The notes under the pieces: model-generated
What the model was told of the DNA's origin: nothing
Seen by the model: only the letters and a program-made list of their open reading frames with translations
Database searches by the model: none
In this document: positions 1 to 13,830 of the stretch, one piece after another
Position numbering within the stretch: the stretch's first letter is position 1
Layout of the letters: each line of letters opens with the position of its first letter
Translations under genes and position numbers: made by a program
Assembly (NCBI GenBank): GCA_976551045.1
Contig: CDPCPM010000033.1
Location: 5,146,001-5,210,000, forward strand
DNA: 64,000 bases
Direction of reading: 5' to 3'
Source: Glaucostegus cemiculus
Taxonomy: Eukaryota

Positions 1-165
1 ATGAATTTATTTTGATATATCCATATGTGCCAGTATTAAAACTCAAAAGTAGTTGTCCATAATCACAAATTAAAATGATTTTATGATACGTGTAATGTTT
101 AACATTGTGTTTAACAAGAATGAAAATTCATTTAGCAGAATGAGCACCTAAAAATGAAGAATTAA

Positions 166-482
166 GGGCAGGCACGGTAGTGTAGCAGTTAATGTAATGC
201 TATTACAGTGCCAGTGACCCTGGTGCAATTCTGGCCACTCTCTGTAAGGAGTTTGTACTTTCTCCCCATGTCTGTGTGGGTTTCCTCCAGGTACTCTGAT
301 TTCGTCCCACATTCCAAAGACGTATGGGTTAGGAAGTTGTGTGTATGAAATGTTGGCTCCGGAAGCGTGGCAAAACATGCGGGCTCCCCCCCACCCCCCC
401 AACTCCTGAACACTATGCAAAGATGCATTTCACTGTGTGTTTTGATGTGTATGTGACTAATAAAGAAATCTCATCTTATCTT
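166..482 (+). mobile_element. tRNA-derived V-SINE/HE1-like SINE, tail type A
   Basis: A/B-box-like head (ggtagtgtagcagtt...ggtgcaattc), core gtgggtttcctcc...cccacattccaaagac, tail tttcactgtgtgttttgatgtgtatgtgactaataaag plus (atcty)n; homologous to 58751 and 63001. Confidence 0.85.
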
Positions 483-2584
483 GAAAATAATCAAAAGTAC
501 CATAAATTTAAGCTGACCGAAAATAATTAAAAGGGGAGGTAAAAAAATCTCTCTCTCTCGGCCCCTTTTCTCCTCACCCCTTCTCTCCCTGTCTCAGCAG
601 ACAAGCACAATGGGTACCAGTTTTCTAACTTATCATAACATTAGTTAATCAGTCTAATCTCTTTCAGTATTAAAAATCTCATTGAAGTCTTCTCTTTGTA
701 TTCCTTGCTCCAAGGAGAGTGGAATTTTCCCAGCTAATTGTTTACTATTGTTCACATCATCCTAGGCAATCTATGCTGATGACTATTCAATCTCCATTCT
801 GTAATTAAATACCTAAATACGATCCAGGTTTCTAACTATGGCTGAATTAATGTCCTGTCTGATTCATCATTCCTTTCTCATGCATGCATTCTGTTCCCCA
901 GTTGTAGTAGCTGACATTTAACAACTTTTGGTTTTATCCAGCTGCATTCACACTCTCGGGGAATATTGTTTCTCGGGGGAATTTCTCGGGGAATATCCCT
1001 ATATGTTGACCAGCATTCAGCTTTCCATTAAGTACTTACTTCAAATCTTTTTTTCTCTTTTCAGTCAAGTATTACTTTATGTCCAATTAGTTGCATCTGT
1101 CACCCATGCTGCTAACCCAAACAGCTCACCCTTAATTCTTTTAGAATTTTTCTTACTGACTGCACACCATCTTCCACATTTCCCTTCAGTGAGACTTAAC
1201 CAATGACTAACTTAGCTGAATGGGGTGTTGGTGCTGCTGGTGAGGCTAAGTGTTGCCTTTCCACAGTTGCCTGCAGACGGTAGTTATGCTTTTTTCTTGA
1301 ATCACAGAGGTCCTCAGTGTAATCTCCTCCAAATAACCTGCAAAGCACCCTGAGGATGATAAGAGAAATATATTTTCAAATCAAGACACAATATATGAGT
1401 TGGAAGGATATTCTTCAGATGTTCATAACAATGCCACTGCATTACAGCTTTCATCTGTGTGTCATATATTGTGAAGGTGGGAGATGTTGTTTGAGATTTG
1501 TTGCTATGCCTCCTGTAGTTTGTAAACAATGCAATTAAACTATATTGATAATGTAAGGGATATTCAGTCCTTCACGAATGACATTGAGCAAGCCTGCTGT
1601 TTTAATTTCTATTTTGCAACATTAACTTTGGCTTAATTTTGTTCAGTCATTTCTTTCTAAGCTCTCAAGTCATGTTTCAATGCTTGCTTATATATAATAT
1701 CTAAACTAAGAATGGACTTGATATTGCACTGATGTGGGGAGCCTGGGCTAAAAATTATGTGACCAAAATAAGGAGATGAAAGTCATTATTTTTTAAGGAA
1801 ATAATTCCAGGATCAGGAAAGATCTACAAAAAATCCTTAAAAACATTTAACATGACAAGATAGAGAGTGAGTCAGGCTTAGGTGGAGGTTAGTTGTCAAT
1901 TCACCTCTCCTGGAGCTTTGCACTACACCCTCCTTTGGACTGTCTCTCAGTGGGGCTAATTAGAGTGTCTGTGTTACTACTTAAACTTCATTATGGATTC
2001 TGCTGTGGGAATTTTGGGTATTGATTTGCAATCACTTGGTCTCAGAGCTTCCAGTTTTAAAGGCCATCAATATGCCTCCCATGTAGACAACACAAACTGA
2101 AAATGATTCAGACATATTCTCTGTGAATTTTAGCCCTTGGTTAAATTATATACATTTAAAAGTGTTTGCATTTTATGCCAGCTTTGATAAAAAAAAATCC
2201 ACATTGTGGTGTTGGTTTTGTTACTACCTTTCAAGAGAATATATTCATTGTTTATGGGCATATGTATTGAAATGCAGATCAAAAAAGGGGCAAAAGTCAA
2301 ATAAAGTGTTAATGCTTAACCTGTGGCTGTTGATTCACCTGTAGGTCTCCAAAGAAAGCTGAAACAATCTTTCTATTTTTAACTTCTTGACTTGATTTTT
2401 CAATGTTGTCAAACTTGTTCTTACTCTTTTGCTGTTTTGGTTCAGAAAGATAGGGCAAAATTACAATTCATCTCCAAGATTATTCTGCATAGTCTTGAAC
2501 TTGTAACATTGCAGTAAGCATTTTGTTTCCAGTTGGATTTATATCAGTTCACAGTATGACTGCCCAAATTATTTTGTTGTTTTA

Positions 2585-3850
2585 TCAGTGGATGTATTCC
2601 TCATCCCTAAATGCCCTCAAGAAGACATTGAGGAACCATTGCAATCTATGTGATGGAGTTGCTTCATAGAAGGCGATCCAAAATTTTGATCTAACAATCC
2701 ATATTAGGATAATGCATGATGTTGGAGATCTTGAGGTGAAACTTTTCTCTTATGCTTTTTGTTTTTGTCTTTCTTGGTGGTAAAGGTCATAAATTTTACA
2801 GGCAATTACAGAATATTCTATCTCATTCCTGATGTTCTTTGAAGATGGTGGGAATTCATAAGGGAACCAGAAATATCATCATTCATCTCAAATACCTAAC
2901 TGTTCTTGTAGCAATGGTATTATAATAGCTCATCCAAGTAAGCTAGATTTTAATAATGACCTTCGGGACGAAAGAGGATTCAATTATGGACATATCATTA
3001 CATGTCAGGACCAGTTAGCTCAAAACTCACCTGTTTGATATGGTCATTGCCAGATACTTATATGGTTTAAATATTACTGTCTGTTCAAATGCGAATGTTA
3101 TCTAGATTTTGTTGCTTGATTATCCACAGTCGCAAAAGGTGTTAACACCATGCCATTATCAACATTTCTATTTTTTGAATTTAACATGAAAGGCAGATCA
3201 TTGGTGGTTTGCCAAGAATACAGATTTGATGAATTCCTGGAGCTCTGTCCAGGAGCTGAGACAGATTATTTTGTGCAACAACAGCCAACATCTTCTGTTG
3301 TACATCTCCAACCAGGGGAGAGTTTGCCTCATGACTTCACTTCTACAAGGGAATCATGATGACACCTTCATCCAAATACTGTATTGCTGGCAAGTACAGT
3401 CACCCTCCCCTTTATTCTGGCATTTGTTTATTTTTCACCATTTTTGGATCAAGGTATAATGATTACAGGAACTAAATAGTCCAGGGAGTCTTTCAAACTA
3501 AGCACCATTGTGTAGATTATTTGTGAGTCCCTTTGTTAGCTGGTGGGTTCTGCTTTTTGTGGACATCACATACCTCATCTGCTGATGACTAAGACCCAAT
3601 ATTGCCCAGTTTTGAGCTGCTTTATCTGTTCTGTTCTTTATCTGTGCTTCATCTCATTTTTCTGAATTAATCTCATTTAACATACTGGTGGGGATATATA
3701 ACATAATAGAATGTATACTCAGTGTGAAGATGACACAGTGATGGCCACTTCTGCCAACATTGTCACTAGCATCTGTTTAAAGTAGATTAGTGAAGAAGAG
3801 GTCAAGTAGGTTTTCCCTTCTGTTTGGTTTTATCATTACTTGCTGCAAAT
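2585..3850 (-). mobile_element. Highly decayed non-LTR retrotransposon fragment (CR1/L2-like)
   Basis: Recalled resemblance to an abundant shark LINE (catccctaaatgccctcaagaag, cttggtggtaaaggtcat, gatgaattcctggagct); no intact ORF; boundaries approximate. Confidence 0.35.
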
Positions 3851-4832
3851 CCAGCCTGTTGTGGTTTATTACAGTTATAAATGTGGTACTTGTCATTTTT
3901 TAAATTTATAGCAGATTAATTATGCAGCTAAAATTACTTTTAGTCTGCATTATGCTGCAGATACTGCACAGACATTCCAGCTTATATGCTTAAATATTAC
4001 TCAAACAGGTGTTCAATCAGTGAGAAAAGTTCTTGTTCCACTCAGTTAATGATCTAAACAAAAAGGCAGTGTGAAGGTTATTTGTGTGGCTGGTATTAAA
4101 CCTTGAGCATTAGGTGGTTGCTTTTCCCTAAGTGGAAGGACAGATTTGTGTAGTCCAACTAAAAAGAGCAAGTTCTGTGGCCAATTCCTCCTGCATATTG
4201 TACTTCAAGGGATTACAGAGAATTTTCTTCAGCTAACCACACACTTTTAATGAATTGGACTGGTGAAAGCACTGGAACGTTGCATAACAAATAAAAAATG
4301 CGGCACTAATGATGGTATCTGCAGTGATGGGTTGAAGGCTAAATTTAAATTTCTCTAGCGAATTTCCAGCTAAATATGTGTTTTCTCCTAAAAAAATACT
4401 ATTGGACAGCTTCAAAGCAGTAGAAGTTTGGGAATGGATCATCTGCTTGTGGGCAATTCATAGCACTGGGCTTCAAAGAAGAGAAACAAAGATGAAGGTA
4501 CATGTTTCAGACAAGCAATAAGGGTAACTATTAACTAAATGCACCCAGCTGAATATATAAAATCACACTAAGGTAAGAATGGTATCATAAGAAATAATAC
4601 ACACAAGACAAATGGGAATACCCAAAGCTAGGGTATTTTAGTTATGGGGAGAGACCAGTTAAACTTGGAATTGTTTTCGTTGTAAAGAGGAGTGCATGAA
4701 GGAGGACTTATTTTCTTAACAGAGTGGTGAATGACCAGGAAACATTGGTTTCAATTATTTGATAAAATAATTAGAGGCACATTAATGATTTATTTTCACT
4801 CAACAAGTAGTGAGATCCTGAAACTCACCACC

Positions 4833-5585
4833 TGTTGTGAGAAAAGGTTCTTTGAGGTCTTAAAGATAGAGGGCTCTGGGGTACTCCGGTTTCCTCCCAC
4901 ATTCTAAAGATGTACGGGTAGGTTAATTTGGGGGTTTAAAATGGGTGGTGTGGACTCGTTGGGCCGAAAGGGCCTGTTACCTCGCTGTAAATAAAACTAA
5001 AGACAAACGCAGGGACAGAATGAATGGGAACAGATGCACACTCACACGCACACACACACATGCAGGAGATCCCGAACATGAGGGAATCGCAACAGGGGGT
5101 TGAGATACACACACAAACAACAAATGATTAAGGAATAAACAATACGGAGCCCGACCTCCCGACTCTGGATGAACACTCCCTGGAATCTACTAGAACGCTC
5201 CTAACCCTTGTGGAAGTGCACACTCTTACCAATGGTCTCTTCAGCATTGTTCCACAGTACCTGGGGCAGTCAAGAGAGAAATAGCCAGGACCATGTGGCA
5301 CTTTTTATAGTACTGGGGGGCTGGGGGTGGTCCAGACCAGGTAATTCAAAAGGTCCAATGACTCGGTGCCAGCAAGGACAAAGATGCTTAAACAAGCCAA
5401 TTGTTAGGTGCCAAGGACAAAGGTGTTTTAAAAAAAACGATCCTTAGGTGTGCTCTTAATGGGTGGGGTGGAGCCAAACCTTTGACAGTGGTGTCACTTC
5501 CGACCCGATAAGCAATGCTGTCATCCGACCAGAGGGGTCAGCATTGTCACTGTCGCATGACAGCCATGACCTTTGTCCCTGTACA
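4833..5585 (-). mobile_element. Solo LTR (LTR retrotransposon/ERV) with 5-bp TSD
   Basis: Starts TG(ttgtg) at 4833, ends (tgta)CA at 5585; identical flanking CCACC at 4828-4832 and 5586-5590; minus-strand TATAAAAA near 5302-5309, GC box and short direct repeats. Confidence 0.75.
4878..5000 (+). mobile_element. 5'-truncated SINE, tail type B, inside the solo LTR
   Basis: gggtactccggtttcctcccacattc...gggccgaaagggcctgttacctcgctgtaaataaaa, nearly identical to the 3' half of 26841-27090. Confidence 0.85.
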
Positions 5586-8500
5586 CCACCCAAAGTGTGG
5601 ATGGAGTCAGGAACACCCTTTGCAACTTGGATGAATATTTGAAGAGCTATAAAATTAAATTAAGCTTCATAAAGTTATCTTTTTTATTCTTGAGGAGCTT
5701 CAAAATTATGAATCTGTTATGATGAGAATGCTGGCTTTATTTTTTGACAGATGGGTTGTCAGTGTTACAGTTACTTGACTGAGGGAAAACAGAATCAGTT
5801 TTTATTCTAGGGTATATTGATTGAAACATTCTGGACTTTCACTGCAAAATTTATGTTAAATAGACTAATGGTTCCATTAAAATAGCTAATATCCTATGAA
5901 TAAATTAATGTAATTGTGATCATCACCAAAACTAATTTTTGGTTATAGAGCAAAATTATGTTATCTGCTGTTAATGAAGGGACGCTTAATAATTTTATTA
6001 GAGGATGAAGAAACTTTGTATTGATCCACTTTATTATTCTGGTACCAATCACATTTGCCTGGCTTGTTTCAAAATATTAAATAAAAATAAACATTTCTGT
6101 ATTTATGATTATAAATTTAATCCTGGCATTATTTTTGGTGTTTCAGTTCCATTGTATTGTATGTTCCAACTTGCAGACGACAATCTGAATGAAAATTGTT
6201 AAAATGCTGCCCGGAGAACTTTCACCCACCGTTATGTAAACAGGACATATTTACACCATTTTATGTAAAGTGTACACATTGTTCAAATCCTTTTTTTTCT
6301 CACCAAGCTGTTATTTCTCAAAAGTCTAAGCAATTTACTTCTTTTAAGTTCAAGGTACAAAATGTGTAATGTTATTTGTAATTTCTGGAAGCTGTGATAT
6401 TTCCAGCAGGTGTGACAATTGTGCAATTTATTTCAAGTGGGGAAAAAGAAATGGTTTTAACCTAATCTACTTGGCAGGAATACTGCATTTTAGATTCCTG
6501 GATTGTTCTCATGTTGATCCACAATAATATTATTATAAGAACCTTAGAATCATCAGAAGAAAGCATAAGCAGCCCTTACACCATTTACACAGGGTTGCTT
6601 TGCTTCCCTCACTGAAGTTACGCCACTAGGTCAAGAATTGTTCCAGGAAAATGTTCTTTATTTATCATATTTGTCATTGATTGCAAATTTTTTTAAAAAA
6701 ATTATGAGGTTGGGGTTTGCATTAAAATGTGGGCAGCAATGGAAACGGTGGATTATTCCCAATATCCAGTTCGTGCATCAAGTCAGATAAACTTGCCATA
6801 ATTTATATCAAAATAAATGGAACCTTAAGCATTTAGTTCTGATATAGTTTTACTGGGATAAATACTGTCTTTCAGCATAATCCAGGAGAGAAGTTTCTTT
6901 ATGTGGATATTTATGCAAGTTATTTTTCATTAAACCACTCATGTAGTTATGCTTCTTTTGTGGTGTACTTACAGTAACATTGGTATCCTAATATTTGGCC
7001 TGCTGAAACAAAAAAATATTTATATTCTCTTAGTCAAAAAATAAAAGGTTTTATGATTTTACACACTTCTGAAATATGACAGGTAAGCACTGAATGATTG
7101 ATAAACTCGGCCCAGTAACATGATAGCTCAGCTAAATAAAAAAAAAATTGATCAATGCACAATTATATTAACAATATCTTGTGTAACCGCAGTCTTTTAT
7201 TAAACCCAACAGCCAAATTAGTTAAAATCAAGATGGGTCCTAAGTCTTGTCGAAACACTAATAGAAAATATTTTGTTGTACAGTTCTTCAGCTCGCAAAG
7301 GCATGAAAGATTGACTAACATGACTTACTTTCTTGTAGTTTCCAAGAAGTAAGTCATTTGTTACTCTCACTTCTTGTCAACCTGGCTGCTAAGAATAACT
7401 CGACATGCCCCAAAAGAGTAGAACACAACATGGTAGATTTAGCAGCTTGCAAAAGAATAAGGTCAAAATAGGTTGCTTAACTCCTCTACAAAATCTGAAG
7501 CCATTGTCAGACTTGTGTCCTCTTGCTTTATATTGTTGAATCCCTCATTCACCCTCTGCACTGTTTGCACGTCCTCAGCTACCACTTGCTATGATTTCTG
7601 TCTCGCTCAAAGCCACACTGTATTGGCCATGCCGTTGAGGGGTACAGGCCATGAACAGTGGGTGGACTTCAAACAGTGGAACCTGAAGCCTGCACCCAGA
7701 GCACCCAATGGCCTCTTGACAGCTCACTGCTGTCAAAGCCTTTACAGCACTCTCAGTTTACCAGAGACATTGCAATTTAAATAATTAAAAAGAACAATAA
7801 ATATACTTGGAAATAGCTTAACTATAAAAAACGAAATAAAAAAAAGTAAAAACAAAAATAAACAAAAGGTAAACTATATGCAAGAGGGGTGTCCTATTGC
7901 AAAGCTAAGGGACTGCTGGCAAAGCATGTCTGATTCCTCAACTCAGAACATTTTTACTTTGCCCTGGAGTCAGTGGTAAATCCAGCTGTAAGCAGGAGGT
8001 CAGATAATCCCACATCTGCCCGAAGCTTGTCTTTGACTTTCCTGTTACAGTGTGCATTGCAAGAGCATTTGACCTCTTGATCCACCCCTGGACTCATCAT
8101 TGGTCCACAACATAATAATCTGAGTTGAGGGGCTGATACACTTCGTAACTGGCCTCTCAGCTTTATGTCATCCATAAATGGCACATTTAATGTGGCTTCC
8201 TTCATTTTAATCGGTTCCTTACCTTCATTAAAATAAGTTTAGATAAGCTTTTCACTTATTTTTCCTTATTGAACTGTATATGTTTAAATTCATTCATAGT
8301 GTTTTACTTAACTTTCCTTTTTGAATATATTTCATTTTTCTTTAAACTATTTTCAAATATCACTCATCATCAGAGACTTTTGAGAACAGTTGGAGGACTC
8401 TGGTAGCATGAGTTACCTGATGGATCGGTGGACAGGTTCTCAGCTTGCACTGCTTGAGGTCTACTCACTGCTCACAGACTGCTCTACTTCACTGAATTCT

Positions 8501-10556
8501 CATGGCGGCAAGGCCTTGAGGCTGTAGTGGGTTTGCACGGGAAGGTCCCATGCGAGAACAAGAAATTAATTGATGAGTGAACCAAGGTGTCATGTAGGGA
8601 TCAGCCCACTTCAGAATGTTGAAGGGAGCAGAGAGAGGAATATATGTTAGTTGGTGGCATAATGCTGAAAGTGCCGAGACCAGCAGTGTATTATTCATTG
8701 AATGTGGATCCTAGTAGGGTGAACTTTCAATGCAAAGTCACTTTGGAGAACATTGAACTGGTGCTGGTTCTGGAGGCAGTAGTGCTTCTGAATGGCTATT
8801 AAATTGAAGTACTTGCCATTTGGGAAAGGAGACATGCACAGAATGCTCTACATTTACCTCATATCCTAACTTTCATATTGCTTTCAGTCAAAGTGGAAGT
8901 TCTGAGTTATCAACAAGATTATGATTTGAATTTACAGTACAATTACTGAAGCTGAATGTTTTAATCATCCAATGAAAATAAATCAACAATGAAGTTGTGC
9001 TTTGAAATAAAGATTGTGTATTTTGTAAGTTAATTATTATGAAATTAAATACATAATGAATTACAATGGCCTACAAAATCAGTATACAATCTCTTTGTTT
9101 ACATAATTATTACTTTAGGAAATCTCTGCCAAAGCTGTATTACTGTTACTTTTGTTTTCCCACATGTTATGATCTAGAATGATTTATAAATGGCTCATTA
9201 TAAAAAGTACTATGATTCACATACTGTGAACACTCATCAAGTAAGGCTTAAAACAAAAATTCTCAGAAGAATCCATGGCTGTTTCAAATTCATTTTTTCC
9301 TCCTCATTGTAATGTTTTGGAAGATCTGTGGCATTGTGCATGGACTTCTAGTTTACTCATTTTCATTTAATTACAATTGTTCCTTCCACTAAGAATATCA
9401 TACTGTTCCTGATGATATCTTGAGGACCAATTACAAATAACAAAATATCAGCTAGGATGCATGGAAGATGCATGGAAACACATACTAAAATTACCCTGCA
9501 TATGGAACCCAGCATCAGTTTCTTTCAGGGTTACAGGAGTGGATCTTTTATGCATATAGTACACAAAGGATCGAGCACATGAATGGCGCCATACTGATGC
9601 AATTACACACAGTAACTGTACGTAATTTCAGGAGTCACCCAAAAATTACCACACAGCCTCTGCAATCTGCTGTGGTGGGAAGTCGTTAAGTAACAATTCA
9701 CAGCAGATGCTGATATGGCAAGTTGTGGGGTTGAATTGATGGTCTATCACTGGGAGTGGCAGAATAGACTTAGGGCAGGCATACCAGATGAAAGATTGGG
9801 TGTACTGGCAGGTGAAGTTAAAGACTAGAGAAGTCAGGTTCCCCCTCACTCCAAGTGGTGGACCTTACCTGAAACATGGGGAGGCATTCAGCCCATTGAA
9901 GAAGAAGCCATGGATGAATTCCAGGTACAGAGCTTAAATGAGAGCACAAATAAGGACTATCACCTTGCCTAATGCTTGAGCAGGTCTTCACCCTGCTGTT
10001 AATGCCTGGTTACTTGATTGAAACCCATGTTGTTTTCTCAGTGTTTACGCATGCTTCAATGTTGCAGCATTGATAACAAACATTAATTACATGTTGATTA
10101 ATGTCATTGGTGTATTCCAATGCCCTCTGTGCAGGTGTGTCATGTGCACGGAAATGAGCAGATTCAAGTTGTTCACTATGCATACCCATAAATGCCAATC
10201 AAGTTTAGTAATCAATTTTACATTTCCCTTCACTTGTTTGTTTTAGTCTCCAAAGACAAGATGACTGAAGCCTGGAGAACTAGATCTGTTCAATATCTAG
10301 TTGTCCAATGGAGTAATTTGTAATGACAGCCCATATTGCATGCTAAGTAATAAATTAATGTTGCTGATGTTAATCTAACCAAAAATAATTTTTGAGTCAA
10401 TCATAGCCCGCAAAGGTGATCATCAATTTTTAAGTCATAAATACTTATGGTTCCTTATTAATGTTGTTTATCTGCAGAAGTTAAGATTGCTAAGGAAAAG
10501 TTAACCTTCATTACACAAAAAAAAAGATAGTTACTTTCCTTTTCTTTGAATTTTAG

Positions 10557-10744
10557 GAAGAAATTGCAACAATTCATTTTACCTGTGCAAAAATGGGAAG
10601 TGTATAAATGAAACCCTTACTTGTGATAAGCATAATGACTGTGAAGATGGATCAGATGAAAACAATTGCTTTGTCAATGAATGTGCGAATAAGCGAATCA
10701 GCGGATGTTCTCAAGACTGCCAGGACTTTAAAATTGGGTACAAG
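10557..10744 (+). CDS. LRP1B: Exon A (188 nt): last LDLa repeat of cluster III plus start of EGF repeat
   Basis: ttttag|GA AGA AAT TGC...TAC AAG|gttagt; [62 protein letters not shown]. Missed by the ORF track. Confidence 0.93.
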
Positions 10745-11069
10745 GTTAGTGCTGATATAAATTGTGAATCTAAACTATTTCCATCAAGATATAAAAGGCT
10801 TGCTACAGAAATGTATTGAAAAGATATTGTGAGGTAAATTCAAACTTTGATGTCAGAAATTGGTATTCCTGTTAATTAAATAATTCTTATAGTTTAGTTC
10901 ATTTACCTTTGATTTGGTCCATGAAACTTTAAGGTAAATAAATGACAAACACATTTTTGATCTGGAATTTTTTTGATTATTTTTGCCTGCATAAATATTT
11001 TGATTTTGACACGTTTGCTACAGATTGCCAGATGTGCTATTTGCTTTTTGGTATATCCCAGCTACAAAA

Positions 11070-12215
11070 ATAGAAATAAAAACAGCAACTGTTGGAAATA
11101 CTTAAGAATTCAATCAGTAGTTCTGGAGAAACAGATAAGTCAACATTGGTGAACTTTCATCAGAACTCAGAAAATTATAAAAATCAAAGATGTTCTAAAT
11201 TGCAATAAAGAGAGGGGTGGAAACAGAAAATTATAAAAATCAAAGATGTTCTAAATTGCAATAAAGAGAGGGGTGGAAAGGACAAAGGAAATGCTTGTGA
11301 TAGAGTGGAAAGCAAGAGAAACTAAATGGCACAAGTGGCAGTGGTGCTGGCTGAGTAAGGGTGATGAAAGCTTGTTAATCACAACTGGTCTGTCTGGAGG
11401 AAATGTAAATAGTTGGCAATGAATCAGGAAAGAGGAGAGAGAGAATATAACAACACCTGAACTGTGATATATAAAACAATTCAGGAATTCTGAAACGAAA
11501 GAGAAAGTACTCAGCAGGTCAGGTAATGAATGTAGCGAGACCTATAAGTTTGTTTCTTCAGGATATGGGAAACATTAGCAAAAGCAACATTCTTTAACCA
11601 TCCTTTTTGATATAAACTAAGTGGTTTGTAGACCATTTCAGATTCACATATAGTTTGGACCACGTGAGGAGTTCCTTCCCAAAAGAACATAAGTGAATCA
11701 GATGGATTTTTATGACAATTTGGCACTTTCATGTTTAGCATTATTAACATCAGCTGTTTTTTGAAAAAATCAAGACTGTTAACCAAATTTAAATATCAGA
11801 GTGGCGTGACAGGATTTGAAACCAAGTCTCTGGATTGTTTGAACAGTCCTTTGGTGACTTTAGAAAATTAACATTAGAAGTTGATTACCTTTCATTGGAT
11901 ACAAACTAGAAAAGCTGGTTATCTGAAGTAATTCAATTCAATGCTGAGTCTTGAGGGTTGCTTTATGCCCAGTTCATAGATAAGATGCTTTTCCTCAAGT
12001 TTGTGTCGTGGTTCATTGGAACCATATAAGAGGCCATAAGAGAAAGAGAAATAAGAGTGGGAGAAGGATGGTAACTAGCATGATAGGTAACTGGAAGTTG
12101 AATATTTTGTCACTAAACTTCCAATTAATTCAATTGCTTCTCTCTCTACAGATGCTTCCTGACATGCTGATTACTTTCAGCATTTTCTGTTTTTATCTTG
12201 GATTTCCAGCTTCAC
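11070..12215. mobile_element. Decayed Penelope-like remnant with oppositely oriented terminal repeats
   Basis: Left end aaaacagcaactgttggaaatactt...tttcatcagaac; right end agatgcttcctgacatgctga...cagcattttctgtttt (reverse complement of the same family); degenerate endonuclease C-terminus near 11918-12005 like that at 49989. Confidence 0.45.
11168..11279. repeat. Perfect 56-bp tandem duplication (2 copies)
   Basis: cagaaaattataaaaatcaaagatgttctaaattgcaataaagagaggggtggaaa at 11168-11223 and 11224-11279, identical. Confidence 0.95.
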
Positions 12216-13830
12216 AGACTTCTGCTAAATATTACTGAAATACCCGAAGCTGAATTTTAACACAATAATTAAGCATTGTACTCCACTTTCATAAGGAATA
12301 TGTATAATAGTCCTTCTTTAAGCATAGATATAATATTCTCTGTACACCCACGTGTGTGTTCATATTGTGAACCCGTTGGGTTGGGGGGGGGTCACGGTGC
12401 GGGGTTTCATATAACATTGGCAAAGACAGGTTGGACCTTCCAGTCTGCCAATTTGAAATCTCAACATATAAACAGATTGAGAGTGCAACCTTACAACCAT
12501 TAGATTTTGGATATATTATTAAATATATTCTAAGCTCCAATTCCTTTGGTGAAGTCATCTTAACCAGAAAGAGTAATATGATAGAGCATATGGTTTCTGA
12601 GCAACTATATAAGTCTCCTTTATACTGAATGTCATAAAGTTGTGAGACAAAATGGCATTAAAAAGCCCTGCAGTAGGACTAGACAATATAGCTGCTTGAG
12701 CCTACTTTGCCTTTCAGTAAAGTAGCTGATACTGTGCCAGAAAAAAAACTACTCCTGCTCAGTCCTCAAATCATCTGGTTCCTTTACTGTCCAAAAATAT
12801 TTCAATCTCAACCTTTAATGCACTCATCCATTGCCCTTTGAGGTACAGAATTCCAAAGATATACAGCCCTCTGCACAAAACTATTCTCCTTATCCTGAGA
12901 TGATGTTCCTAAATTTTTGAATTTCAATTTCATCTGCTGGGATTAATCCTTCTTAAAATCATGTCTGTCTTCATAAGAAATAACACTAGATGAGGGCCTG
13001 GAATGTGGTTTTGATGGAAACCAATAAGACCCAAAGTCCAGCCAATACTGAGTCCCAGAGTTTAAGTGCATGAGACCAGTAATAGATTGCCTTCTGCTGG
13101 GCATCCACAGGCAACATGTTGAAGAGGACTGTAAAATCAGACCTTTGCATCTATGGCAATGACCCTCAGAATGGTCTCGAAAAAGAGACTGAACAGTTGA
13201 GATAAGCAAAATGGGCAATGATGATGGGTGGAAAGGGACAATCTGGAATAAACCATTATGCAGAGTTGACATGGAACTTGTGTTTAATTGAGTATTTTTT
13301 AAAATACTATCTTTTATCCAACATCTAATATTAAATTCTTTAAAACCAATGTCTAAGCCATCTTTCCTGGTTGTCTGCTCAACTGACTAACAATGTTTAG
13401 GCTGACTGGTTTGATAAAACAAATAAAGGCACACAAGAAGAAAGGGCCTCCTACCTTGCACATAGAAACTGGCTAAAAACTGTTTCAACCATGCACCCAA
13501 GAAACTAATTTGGACAGCTGCACTCCACTTCTGGCTCTGAATGTATGGAATGAGCCATCTTCTCTATTTGATATTTGGGTCTGCTTTATGTCCATTAAAT
13601 TGGTGCAGTCTTATTATTCACGATATGCTTTGCTTGAACTTTTTGAGTACTTAATACATAAATTTTCTTTTTTTCCCCCCAAAGTAGCAAAATTCAAAGC
13701 CTTTCATTTTAATTAATTTTATACAAATTATATTTTTAAACTGTCAGTAATACAGTAAATAGACTTGAAGTGCTGGTCTTCAAATGAATTGCTGATGATG
13801 GTAATTTTGTTAATGATTTGTATTTTTCAG

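Larger units (their letters stand above)
4630..5645 (+). mobile_element. Decayed CR1 3' remnant split by the solo LTR at 4833-5585
   Basis: ttttcactcaacaagtagtgagatcctgaaactcaccacc continues as caaagtgtggatggagtcagg...ttggatgaatatttgaag, a degenerate FFTQRVV..WNSLP...LDEYLK CR1 C-terminus. Confidence 0.5.

Noticed and set aside
7021-7088. Cryptic exon or recursive splice site (ctcttag ... CAG|GTAAGC)
   Set aside because: The 49-nt interval has an immediate stop in phase 1 and no LDLa pattern; there is no pyrimidine tract directly before the CAG for a recursive site.
1-10556. Preceding LDLa exon of the gene
   Set aside because: I found no Cys-rich DCxDxSDE pattern with splice sites by eye; presumably upstream of the window. 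The strong acceptor near 1063 is not followed by LRP-like coding.
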